From positions 2,112,001 to 2,176,000 of the forward strand of contig OZ244905.1 of NCBI GenBank assembly GCA_965221695.1: a stretch of 64,000 bases of DNA, written 5' to 3'. This DNA comes from Gammaproteobacteria bacterium (GTDB taxonomy: Bacteria > Pseudomonadota > Gammaproteobacteria > Eutrophobiales > Eutrophobiaceae). Shown here piece after piece: positions 28,966-40,890 of this stretch. How positions within the stretch are numbered: the first letter of the stretch is position 1; the number at the start of each line of letters is the position of its first letter. Under the pieces are notes generated by a model. It was not told the origin of the DNA. It worked only from the letters and a program-made list of their open reading frames with translations, and searched no databases. Both the position numbers and the translations under genes were made by a program.

Positions 28966-29008
28966 TAATCAAGTAAGAAACTGGCGACGCTTGGGTTGCG
29001 CCGGTGTT

Positions 29009-30700
29009 TTATTCAATTGTGACAGCTTGGCCTTCGCCCCTGGGATCGCTGGCGCTGTGGACCTTGTTCTCGTTCATATCCCATAGAATAGCTTGCATGT
29101 TGCCGTAGCGGCGGTTGATCTGTTTTAATTCATGGCCCAGGTCGGCCAGGGTTTGCTGTTCGAATTCGTTAAGACCGTACTGTTCGAACTGGACCTGGTC
29201 CGGCTGGTACTGGTGGTGAAACCGCCGCAGGCTTACCCAGGAGTCGGGCAGCCGCTCGTCGGCAAAATCCAGCGCCGCCAGCAGCACCATGCTGATGATC
29301 CGGCTCCCTCCCGGCGTGCCGACAACACCCACCCGTCCGGGCGCTTCCAGGAATGTCGGGGTCATGCTTGAGAGCGGGCGTTTGCCTGGCGCAATCGCGT
29401 TGGCTTGAAGCCCGATTAAGCCATAGGCGTTAGGGGTATTGTCCTTCGCGGAGAAATCATCCATTTCATTATTGAACAGGATGCCGGTGCCTTCCGCGAC
29501 AAAACAGGCGCCGAACAAGGTATTCACGCTCAGCGTTCCCGCCACGAGGTTGCCTTCCTTGTCCATAACGGAAAAATGCGTGGTCTGGGTTCCGGTCTGG
29601 GTCAGTACCGGGCCGTTGCCGAGGACGTCACTGGGAGTCGCCTTGGCCGGGTCTATCGTCAGCGCCAGCCCCTCTAAGTAGGATTCATCCAGCAGGCGGT
29701 CAACGGGAATGTCCACGAAGTCGGGGTCGCCCAGGAACACGGCGCGATCCCGGAAGGCGCGCCGCATGGCTTCAATAATATAGTGTTTGCGCTGTACATT
29801 GCTCATCGCGTGCAGGTCGAACTGTTCGAGGATGCGCAAGGCCTGGGCCATCACAATCCCGCCCGAGGAAGGCGGTGGCGCGGAAATAATGCGCGTATCC
29901 CGGTAATGGGAGATGATCGGTTCGCGTTCCACTATCCGGTATGTATTGAGGTCTTCAAGGCTCCAGATGCCCCCGTGTTTGCGCGCTTCCCGCACCATCT
30001 GTTCGGCAACCGGACCGCGGTAAAACCCGTCCAGGCCATGCTCCGCGATAGATTCAATAGTCCGCGCCAGCGCCTCTTGCCGCACCAGGTAACCGATGCG
30101 CGGCGCGTTGCCGTTCTGCAGAAAAATCCTGGCCGCGGCCGGATACCGTTGCAACCTGTCCGTCACGTAGGCTGCCAGGCGGTGATAACGGGACGTCACC
30201 TTGAACCCTTGTTCAGCATAACGGATTGCCGGCTCCAAGGACCGGCGCAGCGGCAGGCGGCCATAGTGTTCCGCGAGGTGAACCAGGCCTGCCGGCATGC
30301 CCGGGATTCCCGCGGCCAACGGGCCGACTAACGAAGCGTCCTTGATCACGTTATCCTCCGCGTCGCGATACATGCGCTCATGTGCGAGCGCCGGCGCGGT
30401 TTCCCTGCCGTCTACCATTACCTGCTTGCCGTCGGCTGCGCGGTGCAGCAACCAGAAGCCGCCGCCACCGAAACCGGAACTGAACGGTTCCACCACACCC
30501 AACGCGGCGCTGACCGCGATCGCGGCGTCAAAAGCATTGCCGCCTGCGCGCAGAATTTCGACCCCTGCCTCGGTCGCCAACGGGTGGGCGCTGGCAACGG
30601 CATGGGCGGGCGCATCGTCCGCATAACACGGACCAGCGCTGAAAATCAGACAAGCTGTGAGCAGGGGTACGACATTTATCTTTATTCTTTTGATGTTCAT
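29009..30700 (-). CDS. ggt: Gamma-glutamyltransferase
   Basis: GGNAFDAA, TTHFSV and PLSSMTP motifs; signal peptide. Confidence 0.95.
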   Translation of the reverse strand: MNIKRIKINVVPLLTACLIFSAGPCYADDAPAHAVASAHPLATEAGVEILRAGGNAFDAAIAVSAALGVVEPFSSGFGGGGFWLLHRAADGKQVMVDGRETAPALAHERMYRDAEDNVIKDASLVGPLAAGIPGMPAGLVHLAEHYGRLPLRRSLEPAIRYAEQGFKVTSRYHRLAAYVTDRLQRYPAAARIFLQNGNAPRIGYLVRQEALARTIESIAEHGLDGFYRGPVAEQMVREARKHGGIWSLEDLNTYRIVEREPIISHYRDTRIISAPPPSSGGIVMAQALRILEQFDLHAMSNVQRKHYIIEAMRRAFRDRAVFLGDPDFVDIPVDRLLDESYLEGLALTIDPAKATPSDVLGNGPVLTQTGTQTTHFSVMDKEGNLVAGTLSVNTLFGACFVAEGTGILFNNEMDDFSAKDNTPNAYGLIGLQANAIAPGKRPLSSMTPTFLEAPGRVGVVGTPGGSRIISMVLLAALDFADERLPDSWVSLRRFHHQYQPDQVQFEQYGLNEFEQQTLADLGHELKQINRRYGNMQAILWDMNENKVHSASDPRGEGQAVTIE

Positions 30701-30709
30701 GACAACTGT

Positions 30710-31760
<1,051 letters not shown>

Positions 31761-31806
31761 GCAGGCTTGTCGCTGGTTATCGTACCGCGCCGGTTAATTT
31801 CAATAG

Positions 31807-33282
31807 TCAGTCCGACCCATTATCCTTGGAGACCGGCCCGACCATCACTGTTACGAACCGGTCCGGCTGCAGGCGGCGCCGGAACGCGTCACGGATTTGC
31901 TCGATCGTCACCGCATTGACCTTTTCAATGAACGTGTCGAGGTAATCCGGCGGCAGTTCATAGAACGCGATCATGGATATATAACCGAGGATTTCGCGGT
32001 TGCTGTCCAGGCGCAGTGGAAAACCGCCGCTGATATTCTTTTTTGCCGCCTCCAGTTCCTCCGGAGTAGGCCCTTGTTCGACAAATTCGCGGATGGTGTC
32101 AAGCATGACCTGGCGCGCCTGTTCCTCTTGTCCTCCCCGGGTCTGCAGGCTGGCCGTGAACGGTCCCGCGGCGCGTCTTGGCGCAAAATAGCTGTAGGCG
32201 CCGTATGACAGGCCGCGCTTTTCACGGATTTCTGCATACAGCCGTGAGACAAAACCACCGCCGCCGAGGATATGGTTGCCGACGTACAGCGGAAAATAAT
32301 CCGGGTCACCGCGCGTCACCACAGCCTGCCCGAGCAGCACATGTACCTGCGACGACGGATGTTCGATGCGCAACTCCCGCTCCTGTTCAAGTTGCTCAAC
32401 GGCAGCCAATGGTTCGAGCGCCTGGCCCGGCGCCAGGTCTGCCGTCAAATCCTCCGCCAGCGCTGCGGCTTGCTCTTTGTTCAGGGCGCCCACAATCACC
32501 ACTCGCAAGTTACGGGCATTATAGAACTCCTGGTGAAAATTCACGATGTCCGTTCGCTTCAGAGAGGCAATGGTTTCCGGGGCGCCGTCTGTGGGGCGCG
32601 CATATGGATGGGCTCCATATATTGCCGCATGGTAGGCGTCTCGGGCAATCTCCGCCGGCGACTGCTGCTTGCGCTCAAGCGCGATCAGCGCGCGCTGTTT
32701 CTGTCTTTCCACCGCTTTCATGGGAAATGCCGGGTCCACAATGACTCTGCGCAGATTCTGCAAGGCCGGTCCCAACAATGCCGGTTCTGTTAATGACCGC
32801 AGGCTCACGGAAGCGTAATCATGACCCGAATCAGCCTGGTATTGCGCGCCCAGCCGCTCAAACTCAAAACTGATACCGGTAGCGTCCAGCCCGGCCGCGC
32901 CCTGGTCAAGCAAGCTGTTAGTCAGCATCGCCAGCCCGTCCTTGCCCGCCGGATCCCGCGCCGCGCCCGCATCAAAGATCAGGCGCACATCCACCATGGG
33001 CAATTCTCCGGATTCAACGAAATAGACCTGACTCTGCGATTGTGTCTGCCAGCTCAGAATAGTGGGAGCTGCCAGGACGACTTGCGCCCAGCACAGCAAC
33101 ATTGCGGGCGCCAGGGTCAGGAAAACCCTGCGGCGCGCGCAGGCGGCTTGCCTGGAACGGAACAATGTTCGGCTCATCCTGCGTTCTGTGTTCTGCCGTC
33201 TGCTATTCGTCATTGCCGGCCCCGCCTGTGTGCCGGCGCTGGTCCTGCCCGCTTTGTCTGGACTGCGGCTGTAGCGTCGCAA
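31807..33282 (-). CDS. M16 peptidase, non-catalytic subunit (start uncertain)
   Basis: EIREKRGLSYG; no HxxEH motif. Confidence 0.85.
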   Translation of the reverse strand: MRRYSRSPDKAGRTSAGTQAGPAMTNSRRQNTERRMSRTLFRSRQAACARRRVFLTLAPAMLLCWAQVVLAAPTILSWQTQSQSQVYFVESGELPMVDVRLIFDAGAARDPAGKDGLAMLTNSLLDQGAAGLDATGISFEFERLGAQYQADSGHDYASVSLRSLTEPALLGPALQNLRRVIVDPAFPMKAVERQKQRALIALERKQQSPAEIARDAYHAAIYGAHPYARPTDGAPETIASLKRTDIVNFHQEFYNARNLRVVIVGALNKEQAAALAEDLTADLAPGQALEPLAAVEQLEQERELRIEHPSSQVHVLLGQAVVTRGDPDYFPLYVGNHILGGGGFVSRLYAEIREKRGLSYGAYSYFAPRRAAGPFTASLQTRGGQEEQARQVMLDTIREFVEQGPTPEELEAAKKNISGGFPLRLDSNREILGYISMIAFYELPPDYLDTFIEKVNAVTIEQIRDAFRRRLQPDRFVTVMVGPVSKDNGSD

Positions 33283-34606
33283 CCGTCAACCGATCGTCCT
33301 GAAAATATTTGTTTGCCACATGTTTTACCTGCGCGGCGCTAATGGACTGAATTTGCGGAACGTACTCATCGACCAGGCGCCAAGGCAATCCCTCAGTCTC
33401 CAGGGCGCCTAGAATCATCGCCTGGTAGAACATGGAGTCGCGCCCATAGACATTGCCTGAAACTGCCTGCGCCTTCACCCGCGCCAACTCCTCTGCGCCG
33501 ATGTCTTGCTGTTTCAGATCCTCCAGTTGTTCCATTATCGCCTGTTCCACATCACCAACGGATTTCCCCTTGGCTGGAACGGCTTGGATGATGAACAAAC
33601 CATCCAGCCGGCTGGCCAGACCATAGGATGCGCTGATGCTCGCTGCCACCTCCTGATCGCGCACCAGGCGGGTTTCCAGTCGCGCGCTGTGCCCGCCATC
33701 CAGCGCGCTGGCAAGGACTTCCAGCGCATAGGGCTCCCAGGATGCGGGCGCTTCGGCCTGCGGGCGCAGCGCCGGCGTTTTATAGGCCATCAGCAGATGC
33801 GGCAATTCTGCCGGGCGTTTTACTGTAATGCGCTTGGGTCCCTCTTGTGGAGCTTCCTTGATCTCCCGCGGCGGAACTACGGCTCGAGCCTCGATCGGGC
33901 CGAAGTGCTTCTGCGCCAACTTGTGAACGTCTTTATGATGCACATCTCCCACCACCACCAGGATGGCATTGTTCGGCGCATACCAACGGTCATACCATGC
34001 GCGCAGGTCTTCGATGCGCATTGCCTCAAGATCTGCCATCCAGCCAATGATCGGGTGACGGTAGGGCGAGGTCTGATACGCCGTTGCCAACGCGGCCTCA
34101 TACAGGTATGCCTGTGGATTGTCTTCTGTGCGCAGCCGCCGCTCTTCCTTCACCACCTCAATTTCTTTGTCAAATTCCTGCTCCGATAATAGCAGGTTGC
34201 GCATCCGGTCAGCTTCCAGCCTGAAGCTGACTTCCAGTCGGGATTTTTCCATTGTTTGAAAATACGCCGTGTAATCCTTGCCGGTAAATGCGTTTTCATT
34301 GCCGCCGTTTTCTGCAATGATCCTTGAGAATTCTCCGCCGGGATAGTTTTCCGTTCCCTGAAACATCATATGTTCCAGCGCATGGGATATGCCGGTTATG
34401 CCACCATGTTCATAACTCGACCCGACCCGGTACCAGAGCTGGGATACCGCTACCGGGGCTCGGCGATCCTCTTTCACCAGCAGTTTGAGACCGTTATCAA
34501 GCTGATATTCATGCACTTCCGCATGCATGGGCGACGATAACGCCAACGTGGCCACCAAAGCGCCAATCCATAGGCTGTGGTTTAAGATAATTCGAAACTT
34601 CAACAT
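33203..34606 (-). CDS. M16 zinc peptidase, catalytic subunit
   Basis: HALEH (HxxEH) and NAFT..DYT motifs. Confidence 0.9.
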   Translation of the reverse strand: MLKFRIILNHSLWIGALVATLALSSPMHAEVHEYQLDNGLKLLVKEDRRAPVAVSQLWYRVGSSYEHGGITGISHALEHMMFQGTENYPGGEFSRIIAENGGNENAFTGKDYTAYFQTMEKSRLEVSFRLEADRMRNLLLSEQEFDKEIEVVKEERRLRTEDNPQAYLYEAALATAYQTSPYRHPIIGWMADLEAMRIEDLRAWYDRWYAPNNAILVVVGDVHHKDVHKLAQKHFGPIEARAVVPPREIKEAPQEGPKRITVKRPAELPHLLMAYKTPALRPQAEAPASWEPYALEVLASALDGGHSARLETRLVRDQEVAASISASYGLASRLDGLFIIQAVPAKGKSVGDVEQAIMEQLEDLKQQDIGAEELARVKAQAVSGNVYGRDSMFYQAMILGALETEGLPWRLVDEYVPQIQSISAAQVKHVANKYFQDDRLTVATLQPQSRQSGQDQRRHTGGAGNDE

Positions 34607-34832
34607 TAATTTATTTTGCTGGCCTACAGCCCTCTAGGATTTGATTTTATCTAACCTCTGACAAGCGCAGGGCGAACAGGTTCAGTTTCCCAGATACAAC
34701 CCGCTACGCGCGGCAACAGTGTCTGTCCCGCATGTGTTATTATTTTACCGGCATGAATATTCATCATCTTGCGCGCCATATTATCATGTTGCCGCTCCCC
34801 TATCAGGCGAATAACAGCCTGATTCTGCGATC

Positions 34833-35798
34833 ATGCCCGGCGTTGTCTTATTGAATATGAAAGCAGCGGACAAATCAGGCAGCGGTTTATTTCACCGACT
34901 TGCTCAAGGGCTGGAGAAGACCCGCGCGCGTTTTCTCGGCAATAAGACCGAATTGATCAGGAGCAGGGCGGGCATTGACAACGCGCTGCTTGAAGAATTG
35001 GAAACACAATTAATTAGCGCTGATGTCGGTGTTGAGACCACAGCCGGGATACTGTCCGGTCTTGAGAATATCTATAAACGGGACGCCCGCCAGCAGCCAG
35101 ACGTGTTGACCGCCCTACAGGAAATCCTCGTGTCCTTGCTCGACGGGGCCGCGCAACCGCTGATCATCCCGGAAAAAAAACCGTTTGTTATCCTGGTAGT
35201 CGGCGTAAACGGCGTCGGCAAAACTACTACCATTGCCAAATTGGCGCAACGTCTGCAACGCCAGGGTCGCTCTGTGTTGCTGGCCGCGGGAGATACCTTC
35301 AGGGCGGCCGCTATCGATCAGCTTCAACACTGGGGAGCCCGAGTCAAGGCGCCAGTGATCGCTCAGCAACCGGGGGCGGATGCCGCGGCGACGCTCTACA
35401 ACGCCCTCCACGCGGCCCAAGCCCGCGGCACGGATATTGTCATCGCGGATACTGCCGGCCGATTACATAACAAAGGCAATCTGATGGAAGAGTTGAAAAA
35501 AATCCATCGGATTATCCATAAGGTCGACTCCCAGATAAGCGTGGAAACCTTGTTGGTAGTCGATGCCGGCGCCGGCATGAACGCCATTGTGCAGGCGCGG
35601 GAGTTTAAACAGGCTGTACCGGTGACGGGTGTGGCATTGGCAAAACTCGACGGCACCGCAAAAGGCGGGGTGGTTTTTGCGCTGGCGCAACAATTATCCC
35701 TGCCCATCCGCTACATCGGCGTGGGCGAAGCGCTGGATGATCTGCAACCCTTCGATGCGCGCGATTTTGTGTCTGCGTTGCTGGATCTGCCCGCATGA
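34833..35798 (+). CDS. ftsY: SRP receptor GTPase
   Basis: GVNGVGKTT, DTFRAAA and DTAGR motifs. Confidence 0.95.
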   Translation: MPGVVLLNMKAADKSGSGLFHRLAQGLEKTRARFLGNKTELIRSRAGIDNALLEELETQLISADVGVETTAGILSGLENIYKRDARQQPDVLTALQEILVSLLDGAAQPLIIPEKKPFVILVVGVNGVGKTTTIAKLAQRLQRQGRSVLLAAGDTFRAAAIDQLQHWGARVKAPVIAQQPGADAAATLYNALHAAQARGTDIVIADTAGRLHNKGNLMEELKKIHRIIHKVDSQISVETLLVVDAGAGMNAIVQAREFKQAVPVTGVALAKLDGTAKGGVVFALAQQLSLPIRYIGVGEALDDLQPFDARDFVSALLDLPA

Positions 35799-36463
35799 TC
35801 AGCTTCACCGATGTCTACATGCGCTATCCGGGAGGCAAGGATATTCTGAAAAATATCAACCTGCATATAGATCAAGGAGAAATGGTCTACCTCACCGGCC
35901 ATTCCGGCGCCGGCAAAACAACACTCTTGCGCCTGATCACGCTCACCGAGCGGCATAATCGCGGTCAGATTATCGTCAACGGACATAACCTGGCGCGTCT
36001 CTCCCAGCGGCGCATTCCACACTACCGGCGCAACATCGGTTTCATGTTCCAGGAACACCGACTTTTGCATGAGCATACTGTCTTCGATAACGTTGCTCTG
36101 CCACTGCGCATCGCCGGTTATCGATATCGGGATATAAGAAAACGCACACATGCCGTATTGGAAAAAGTGGGCCTGCAGACGAAGGAGAAACTTTATCCGT
36201 CCGCGTTGTCCACTGGAGAACAACAGCGCGTGGGCATTGCCCGGGCGGTTGTTCACAGGCCCGCGTTGTTGTTGGGGGATGAACCCACCGGAAACCTGGA
36301 CCCGGCCCTGTCTTGGGAAACGATGAAACTGTTCGAACTGCTCAACCGGGTCGGTGTCACCGTACTGATTGTAAGCCACGATCTGGCCACGATAAAACGG
36401 ATGAACAAAAAAATTATCATCCTGCAGGATGGCTGCCTGCTCCCCGATGAGACCGAAACGTAA
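35795..36463 (+). CDS. ftsE: Cell division ATPase
   Basis: GHSGAGKT and DEPTGNLD motifs; ftsYEX gene order. Confidence 0.93.
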   Translation: MISFTDVYMRYPGGKDILKNINLHIDQGEMVYLTGHSGAGKTTLLRLITLTERHNRGQIIVNGHNLARLSQRRIPHYRRNIGFMFQEHRLLHEHTVFDNVALPLRIAGYRYRDIRKRTHAVLEKVGLQTKEKLYPSALSTGEQQRVGIARAVVHRPALLLGDEPTGNLDPALSWETMKLFELLNRVGVTVLIVSHDLATIKRMNKKIIILQDGCLLPDETET

Positions 36464-37412
36464 CAAAAACAAGCCAATCAGCGCGCGCCACAATTGGTTT
36501 AATCATTGGTGGCTGGAACATGCCCGCGCGTTTTTTTCCAGCCTTGGACAACTGTATAGAAAGCCGGCTGGCGCGCTGATAACTATCTCTGTGATCGGCA
36601 TCTCCCTGGCTCTTCCCGCGGGTTTTTATGCATTGCTGGAAAATGCTCAGCGGGTTACTTCTCAGCTTGACGTTGCTTCCCACATGTCGCTGTTCCTATC
36701 CCCGGACCTGGAGGGCGAGCGCGCTCTGGCGCTTGCGAACCGGTTACGGGCGCGCGCTGATATCAGCCATGTTGACGTGATAAGTCCTGATGACGCCCTG
36801 GCGGAATATAAACAGAATTCAGGTTTTGCCGATGCTTTAGCCGCTCTGGACAAAAACCCATTGCCGTTCGTGCTGGTCATCCGTCCACAATCCGCGTCGG
36901 TAGCGACCCCCGGCAACAAGGCATTGCTGGCGGAACTGAATGCATTGCCGGGAGTCGATTTCGGTCAGTTTGACTGGCAGTGGGCGCAGCGGTTACACCA
37001 GATTATAGAAGTATTTCAACGCGGCGTGATGATCGTAGCGGGTCTGTTTGCCGGCGCTGTGCTGCTGGTAGTCGGCAACACAATTCGGATGTCCGTGCAC
37101 AACCGCCGGCAGGAAATCGAGGTGCATAAATTATTCGGCGCCACCGATGCGTTCATTGCTCGACCGTTCCTGTATTCGGGCATGCTCCATGGCCTCGCCG
37201 GCAGCGTGCTTGCATGGCTGATGCTGGAGGTCTCCATAGGCTTGCTGCAAGGCCCGGTTGCGCGCCTGGCGGAGTTGTACGGCAACCGGTTTTTTCTGGT
37301 GACGCTTAGCGCAGAGGAAGTTCTGGGTCTGCTACTCATCGGGGCAGGACTGGGTCTCATCGGGTCTTGGCTGTCCGTAAAACGCCACCTGCGCTTGATT
37401 GAACCCATATAA
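36447..37412 (+). CDS. ftsX: Cell division permease
   Basis: NPLP, GNTIR and GAT.AFI.RPF motifs. Confidence 0.93.
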   Translation: MRPKRNKNKPISARHNWFNHWWLEHARAFFSSLGQLYRKPAGALITISVIGISLALPAGFYALLENAQRVTSQLDVASHMSLFLSPDLEGERALALANRLRARADISHVDVISPDDALAEYKQNSGFADALAALDKNPLPFVLVIRPQSASVATPGNKALLAELNALPGVDFGQFDWQWAQRLHQIIEVFQRGVMIVAGLFAGAVLLVVGNTIRMSVHNRRQEIEVHKLFGATDAFIARPFLYSGMLHGLAGSVLAWLMLEVSIGLLQGPVARLAELYGNRFFLVTLSAEEVLGLLLIGAGLGLIGSWLSVKRHLRLIEPI

Positions 37413-37436
37413 GAACAGCTCTCAGCGGAAAAATTA

Positions 37437-37463
37437 TTAGCGCTCTACCCAAAAGAGCGCTAA
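37437..37463. promoter_or_regulatory. CIRCE element (HrcA operator) upstream of rpoH
   Basis: TTAGCGCTC-N9-GAGCGCTAA, a perfect palindrome, versus consensus TTAGCACTC-N9-GAGTGCTAA. Confidence 0.8.
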
Positions 37464-37516
37464 AATATGAGTTATCTGGAGATGCATTATGTTTAATATC
37501 TCTGTGGAGGCTCTTT

Positions 37517-38368
37517 ATGAACAATATTTTAGCATTACAGCCGGCGTTGCCGACCGGCTCTATCGAAGCTTATATCCATGCGGTAAACGAGTTCCCGATG
37601 CTCAGCGCCGAGGAAGAACAGTCGCTTGCGCGGCGTCTGCATGAGTTGCATGATCTCGATGCGGCAAAACAACTGGTAATGTCACATCTTCGCTTTGTCG
37701 TCCGGGTCGCACGCGGTTACCGCGGTTACGGCCTGCCTCAGTCGGACCTGATTCAAGAGGGAAACATCGGCCTGATGAAGGCGGTTAAACGCTTTAACCC
37801 CGAGTTGGGCGTACGTCTGGTTTCGTTCGCGGTGCACTGGATACGCGCGGAAATTCACGAATTCATTCTGCGCAACTGGCGCATAGTCAAGGTCGCGACC
37901 ACCAAGGCGCAACGCAAACTGTTTTTTAACCTCCGCTCCCGCAAAAAGCGTCTGGGCTGGATGAATCGGGACGAGGTAAACGCCGTTGCCAAGGACTTGG
38001 GGGTCAGCGCTGCAGATGTGCTGGAAATGGAGAAGCGCCTGAATGCTTACGACACATCTTACGATGGTCCCGTTGATGAAGACTCAGAGCCTGAAGGCTT
38101 CGCGCCGGCCGGTTACCTGATTGACGACCGGGCATCCCCGGAAGAACAACTGGCTATGGAGCAGACAGACCAGGTCTATCGGCAGAAACTGGGTTCGGCA
38201 TTGCTGTCGCTTGATGACCGCAGTCAGGAAATTATTCGGCAACGCTGGTTAACCGAAGACAAGGCCACGCTGCATACCCTGGCGAGCGAATACGGCGTCT
38301 CCGCGGAGCGCATCCGGCAACTGGAGGCGAACGCGATGAAAAAACTGCGTCTCGCCTTCGCTGACTGA
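37517..38368 (+). CDS. rpoH: Heat-shock sigma factor 32
   Basis: RpoH box QRKLFFNLR; position after ftsX. Confidence 0.97.
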   Translation: MNNILALQPALPTGSIEAYIHAVNEFPMLSAEEEQSLARRLHELHDLDAAKQLVMSHLRFVVRVARGYRGYGLPQSDLIQEGNIGLMKAVKRFNPELGVRLVSFAVHWIRAEIHEFILRNWRIVKVATTKAQRKLFFNLRSRKKRLGWMNRDEVNAVAKDLGVSAADVLEMEKRLNAYDTSYDGPVDEDSEPEGFAPAGYLIDDRASPEEQLAMEQTDQVYRQKLGSALLSLDDRSQEIIRQRWLTEDKATLHTLASEYGVSAERIRQLEANAMKKLRLAFAD

Positions 38369-38415
38369 TTCGCCGGCATGAAATCCGGGTTAGCGCCCGC
38401 CGGCGCTGACCTGCT

Positions 38416-39327
38416 TCAGACGGCAAGGCGCGTTAGCGCAGGAATGTAGTGGTCAACCAGCAGGATGGCAAACAAGCCCATCAAATACCAGATGGAGTAA
38501 TTAAAGGCGCTCATGGCCGTAGCTTCCTCCCCCGTGCGCAGAAGCTTGACGGTAAAATACAGAAACCCGGCTCCCAGCGCCAGCGCGCCAAACAGGTAGG
38601 CTATGCCGCTCATGCCCGTCAGAAACGGCAACAAGCTGACAACGAACAGCAGTAGGGTGTATAACAAGATGTGCAGCCGGGTGAAATCAAGTCCATGGGT
38701 TACCGGCAACATGGGAATTTCCGCATTTTCGTAATCTTTGCGTCGGGCTATTGCCAGCGCCCAGAAGTGCGGCGGCGTCCAGGCAAAAATGATCAAGAAC
38801 AACAGTAACGCGTGAGGATCCAGGCTGTTGCTAACCGCGGTCCAGCCGAGCACGGGGGGCGCCGCGCCGGCAGCGCCGCCGATCACGATATTCTGCGGCG
38901 TGGCGCGCTTTAAGAACATGGAATAAACCACGCCGTAGCCGATCAGCGACGCAAACGTCAGGCACGCGGTCAAGATGTTCACATAAACGCCCAGGAGGAT
39001 CATGGAGATGGCGCAGAGCGCAGCAGCAAAGACAGCGGCTTCCCGCTTGGACAACTTGCCCTTCGGTAAAGGACGCTTCAGTGTGCGCGCCATAATGCTG
39101 TCGATGCGCTGGTCGACTATATGGTTGATTGTCGCGGCAGACGCAGCCGCCAGACCGATGCCCAAGGACGCGCAGGCCAATAGGGGAAAAGCCACCATGC
39201 CGGGCGTGGCCAGCAACATGCCCACCAACGCGGTAAATACGATCAGGCAAACTATTTTTGGTTTGCACAAGGCCAGATAATCCCGCCAAACCGCCGTTTT
39301 CTCTGTCATTGTCGTCTCAATCTCCAC
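38416..39327 (-). CDS. cyoE: Protoheme IX farnesyltransferase
   Basis: D..MART..RPL and WTPPHFWAL motifs. Confidence 0.95.
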   Translation of the reverse strand: MEIETTMTEKTAVWRDYLALCKPKIVCLIVFTALVGMLLATPGMVAFPLLACASLGIGLAAASAATINHIVDQRIDSIMARTLKRPLPKGKLSKREAAVFAAALCAISMILLGVYVNILTACLTFASLIGYGVVYSMFLKRATPQNIVIGGAAGAAPPVLGWTAVSNSLDPHALLLFLIIFAWTPPHFWALAIARRKDYENAEIPMLPVTHGLDFTRLHILLYTLLLFVVSLLPFLTGMSGIAYLFGALALGAGFLYFTVKLLRTGEEATAMSAFNYSIWYLMGLFAILLVDHYIPALTRLAV

Positions 39328-40300
39328 TGCCTCGCGCCTGCCGGTAAAGAGTCAATAATGATAACAGCAGCAACGCCGCAACGGAATTGTGCGCAACGGC
39401 GACCGGAAGCGGCAAGCGCAGCAGCACGTTGGCGATTCCCAGCGCGACCTGTACACCCAGGACGAGCAGCAGGACTGTCGCGGCGGCGCGCGGCGGCTTC
39501 CCCGCGCGCAGCAGCGCGCACAGCGCGGCGCTGAGCGTCACCAGAAATGTCAGCAGCGCGCCGACGCGGTGAACCAGATGGATCGCGGTGCGCGCAGGCG
39601 CATCCAGAATCCCGCCCTCGTAATCAATGTCTCCTGCGCGCCAGAAGGTAAAGCCCTCGCTGAAATCCGTCTCCGGCCAATACGAACCGTCACGGCAGGT
39701 GGGAAACTCCGGGCACGCGAGCGCGGCATAATTGGCGCTGGTCCAGCCGCCCGAGAACATCTGCGCGGCAACAACGACCAGTCCCGCCAGCGCCAGCGTG
39801 CGGGTCAACGAATGCCCGCGATAACCGCCGGCGCGCGGCAACTGCCTGAGGACGATCAGGTACAGTATGCCCAGGATCAGCATGCCGCCCAGCAGGTGCG
39901 CGACAACAATAATGGGCTTGAGCAACTCGGTGACGGTCCACATCCCCAATAACGCCTGTAGCGCGACCAGGGTCAGCAGCACGGAGCAAGTGATTTTTTG
40001 TGCGTGTTGCGCGCGCCAGACCCATAGCGTCATCAGTAGAACCAGGATGCCCAGCATGCCCGCAGCATAGCGGTGGATCATTTCCTTCAGCGCCTTGTCC
40101 ATGTCGAACGGACGGGCTTCGCTCGCCTGTTGCGCGGCGGCGACCCGGGTCTCCTCGGTGACAAACAGGTCGCCGTAGCAGCCGGGCCAATCAGGACAAC
40201 CCAGGCCGGCATTGGACAGGCGCACGTACGCGCCCAGCGCCACCACGCAAAAGCCCAGCAGAAACGTGATGACTGAGAGGTTCAGAAAACCGTTTCTCAT
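39317..40300 (-). CDS. ctaA: Heme A synthase (COX15/CtaA)
   Basis: AGLGCPDWPGC and EMIHR motifs. Confidence 0.92.
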   Translation of the reverse strand: MRNGFLNLSVITFLLGFCVVALGAYVRLSNAGLGCPDWPGCYGDLFVTEETRVAAAQQASEARPFDMDKALKEMIHRYAAGMLGILVLLMTLWVWRAQHAQKITCSVLLTLVALQALLGMWTVTELLKPIIVVAHLLGGMLILGILYLIVLRQLPRAGGYRGHSLTRTLALAGLVVVAAQMFSGGWTSANYAALACPEFPTCRDGSYWPETDFSEGFTFWRAGDIDYEGGILDAPARTAIHLVHRVGALLTFLVTLSAALCALLRAGKPPRAAATVLLLVLGVQVALGIANVLLRLPLPVAVAHNSVAALLLLSLLTLYRQARGSGD

Positions 40301-40890
40301 CCAATCCGGGAATACTTGAGCAAGCGGCCCAGGTCCTTGATGATGCCTGATGGTTCGGCGTTTCCGGCGTAGCTCATCATCAGGTTCCCCAACGGGTCGA
40401 CCAGGTATAGCCGGTCCGCCGCAAACGGCCGGTCTCCGGCCGAATGTTCGAACAAGGACGTCAGTGCATCGTCATCGATATTTTCAGGGAACAGCAACAA
40501 TTGGCCGGGAAAGTCCCGCCATTGTTCTTGGGTCAGCACATTTCGGTCGCGACCCACCACGAGCATGGCGCGCTGGACGCGGCCGGCGTTTTTGCCTGTA
40601 GCCAGGCGCAGTTGGCGCATTTTGTAGAGGTTTTGAAGACAGACCTCACCGCATTTTCCGGACAGCGGGTATACCAGGGTCCATTTGCCGTGCAAGCGGG
40701 TTGTTGCGCCACCCCGGTCGACCAGCGTCCAGTCAGGCAGCGGCCGGGGCGGGGCAATCAACATGCCGTGCCCGCCCGTGTCCCGTTGTTTCCCCAGGTC
40801 GGTAAAATTGAACGCGTACCAGGACAAAAACGGTGGCAGCGCAAACACCGCGAACAATATAATCAGAATTGCTGGCTTGCGGGCTGTCAT
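40297..40890 (-). CDS. Cytochrome oxidase assembly-associated thioredoxin/SCO-like membrane protein
   Basis: GKWTL...CGEVC and YLVDPLGNLMM motifs; cox cluster context; start set at MTARKP. Confidence 0.7.
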   Translation of the reverse strand: MTARKPAILIILFAVFALPPFLSWYAFNFTDLGKQRDTGGHGMLIAPPRPLPDWTLVDRGGATTRLHGKWTLVYPLSGKCGEVCLQNLYKMRQLRLATGKNAGRVQRAMLVVGRDRNVLTQEQWRDFPGQLLLFPENIDDDALTSLFEHSAGDRPFAADRLYLVDPLGNLMMSYAGNAEPSGIIKDLGRLLKYSRIG

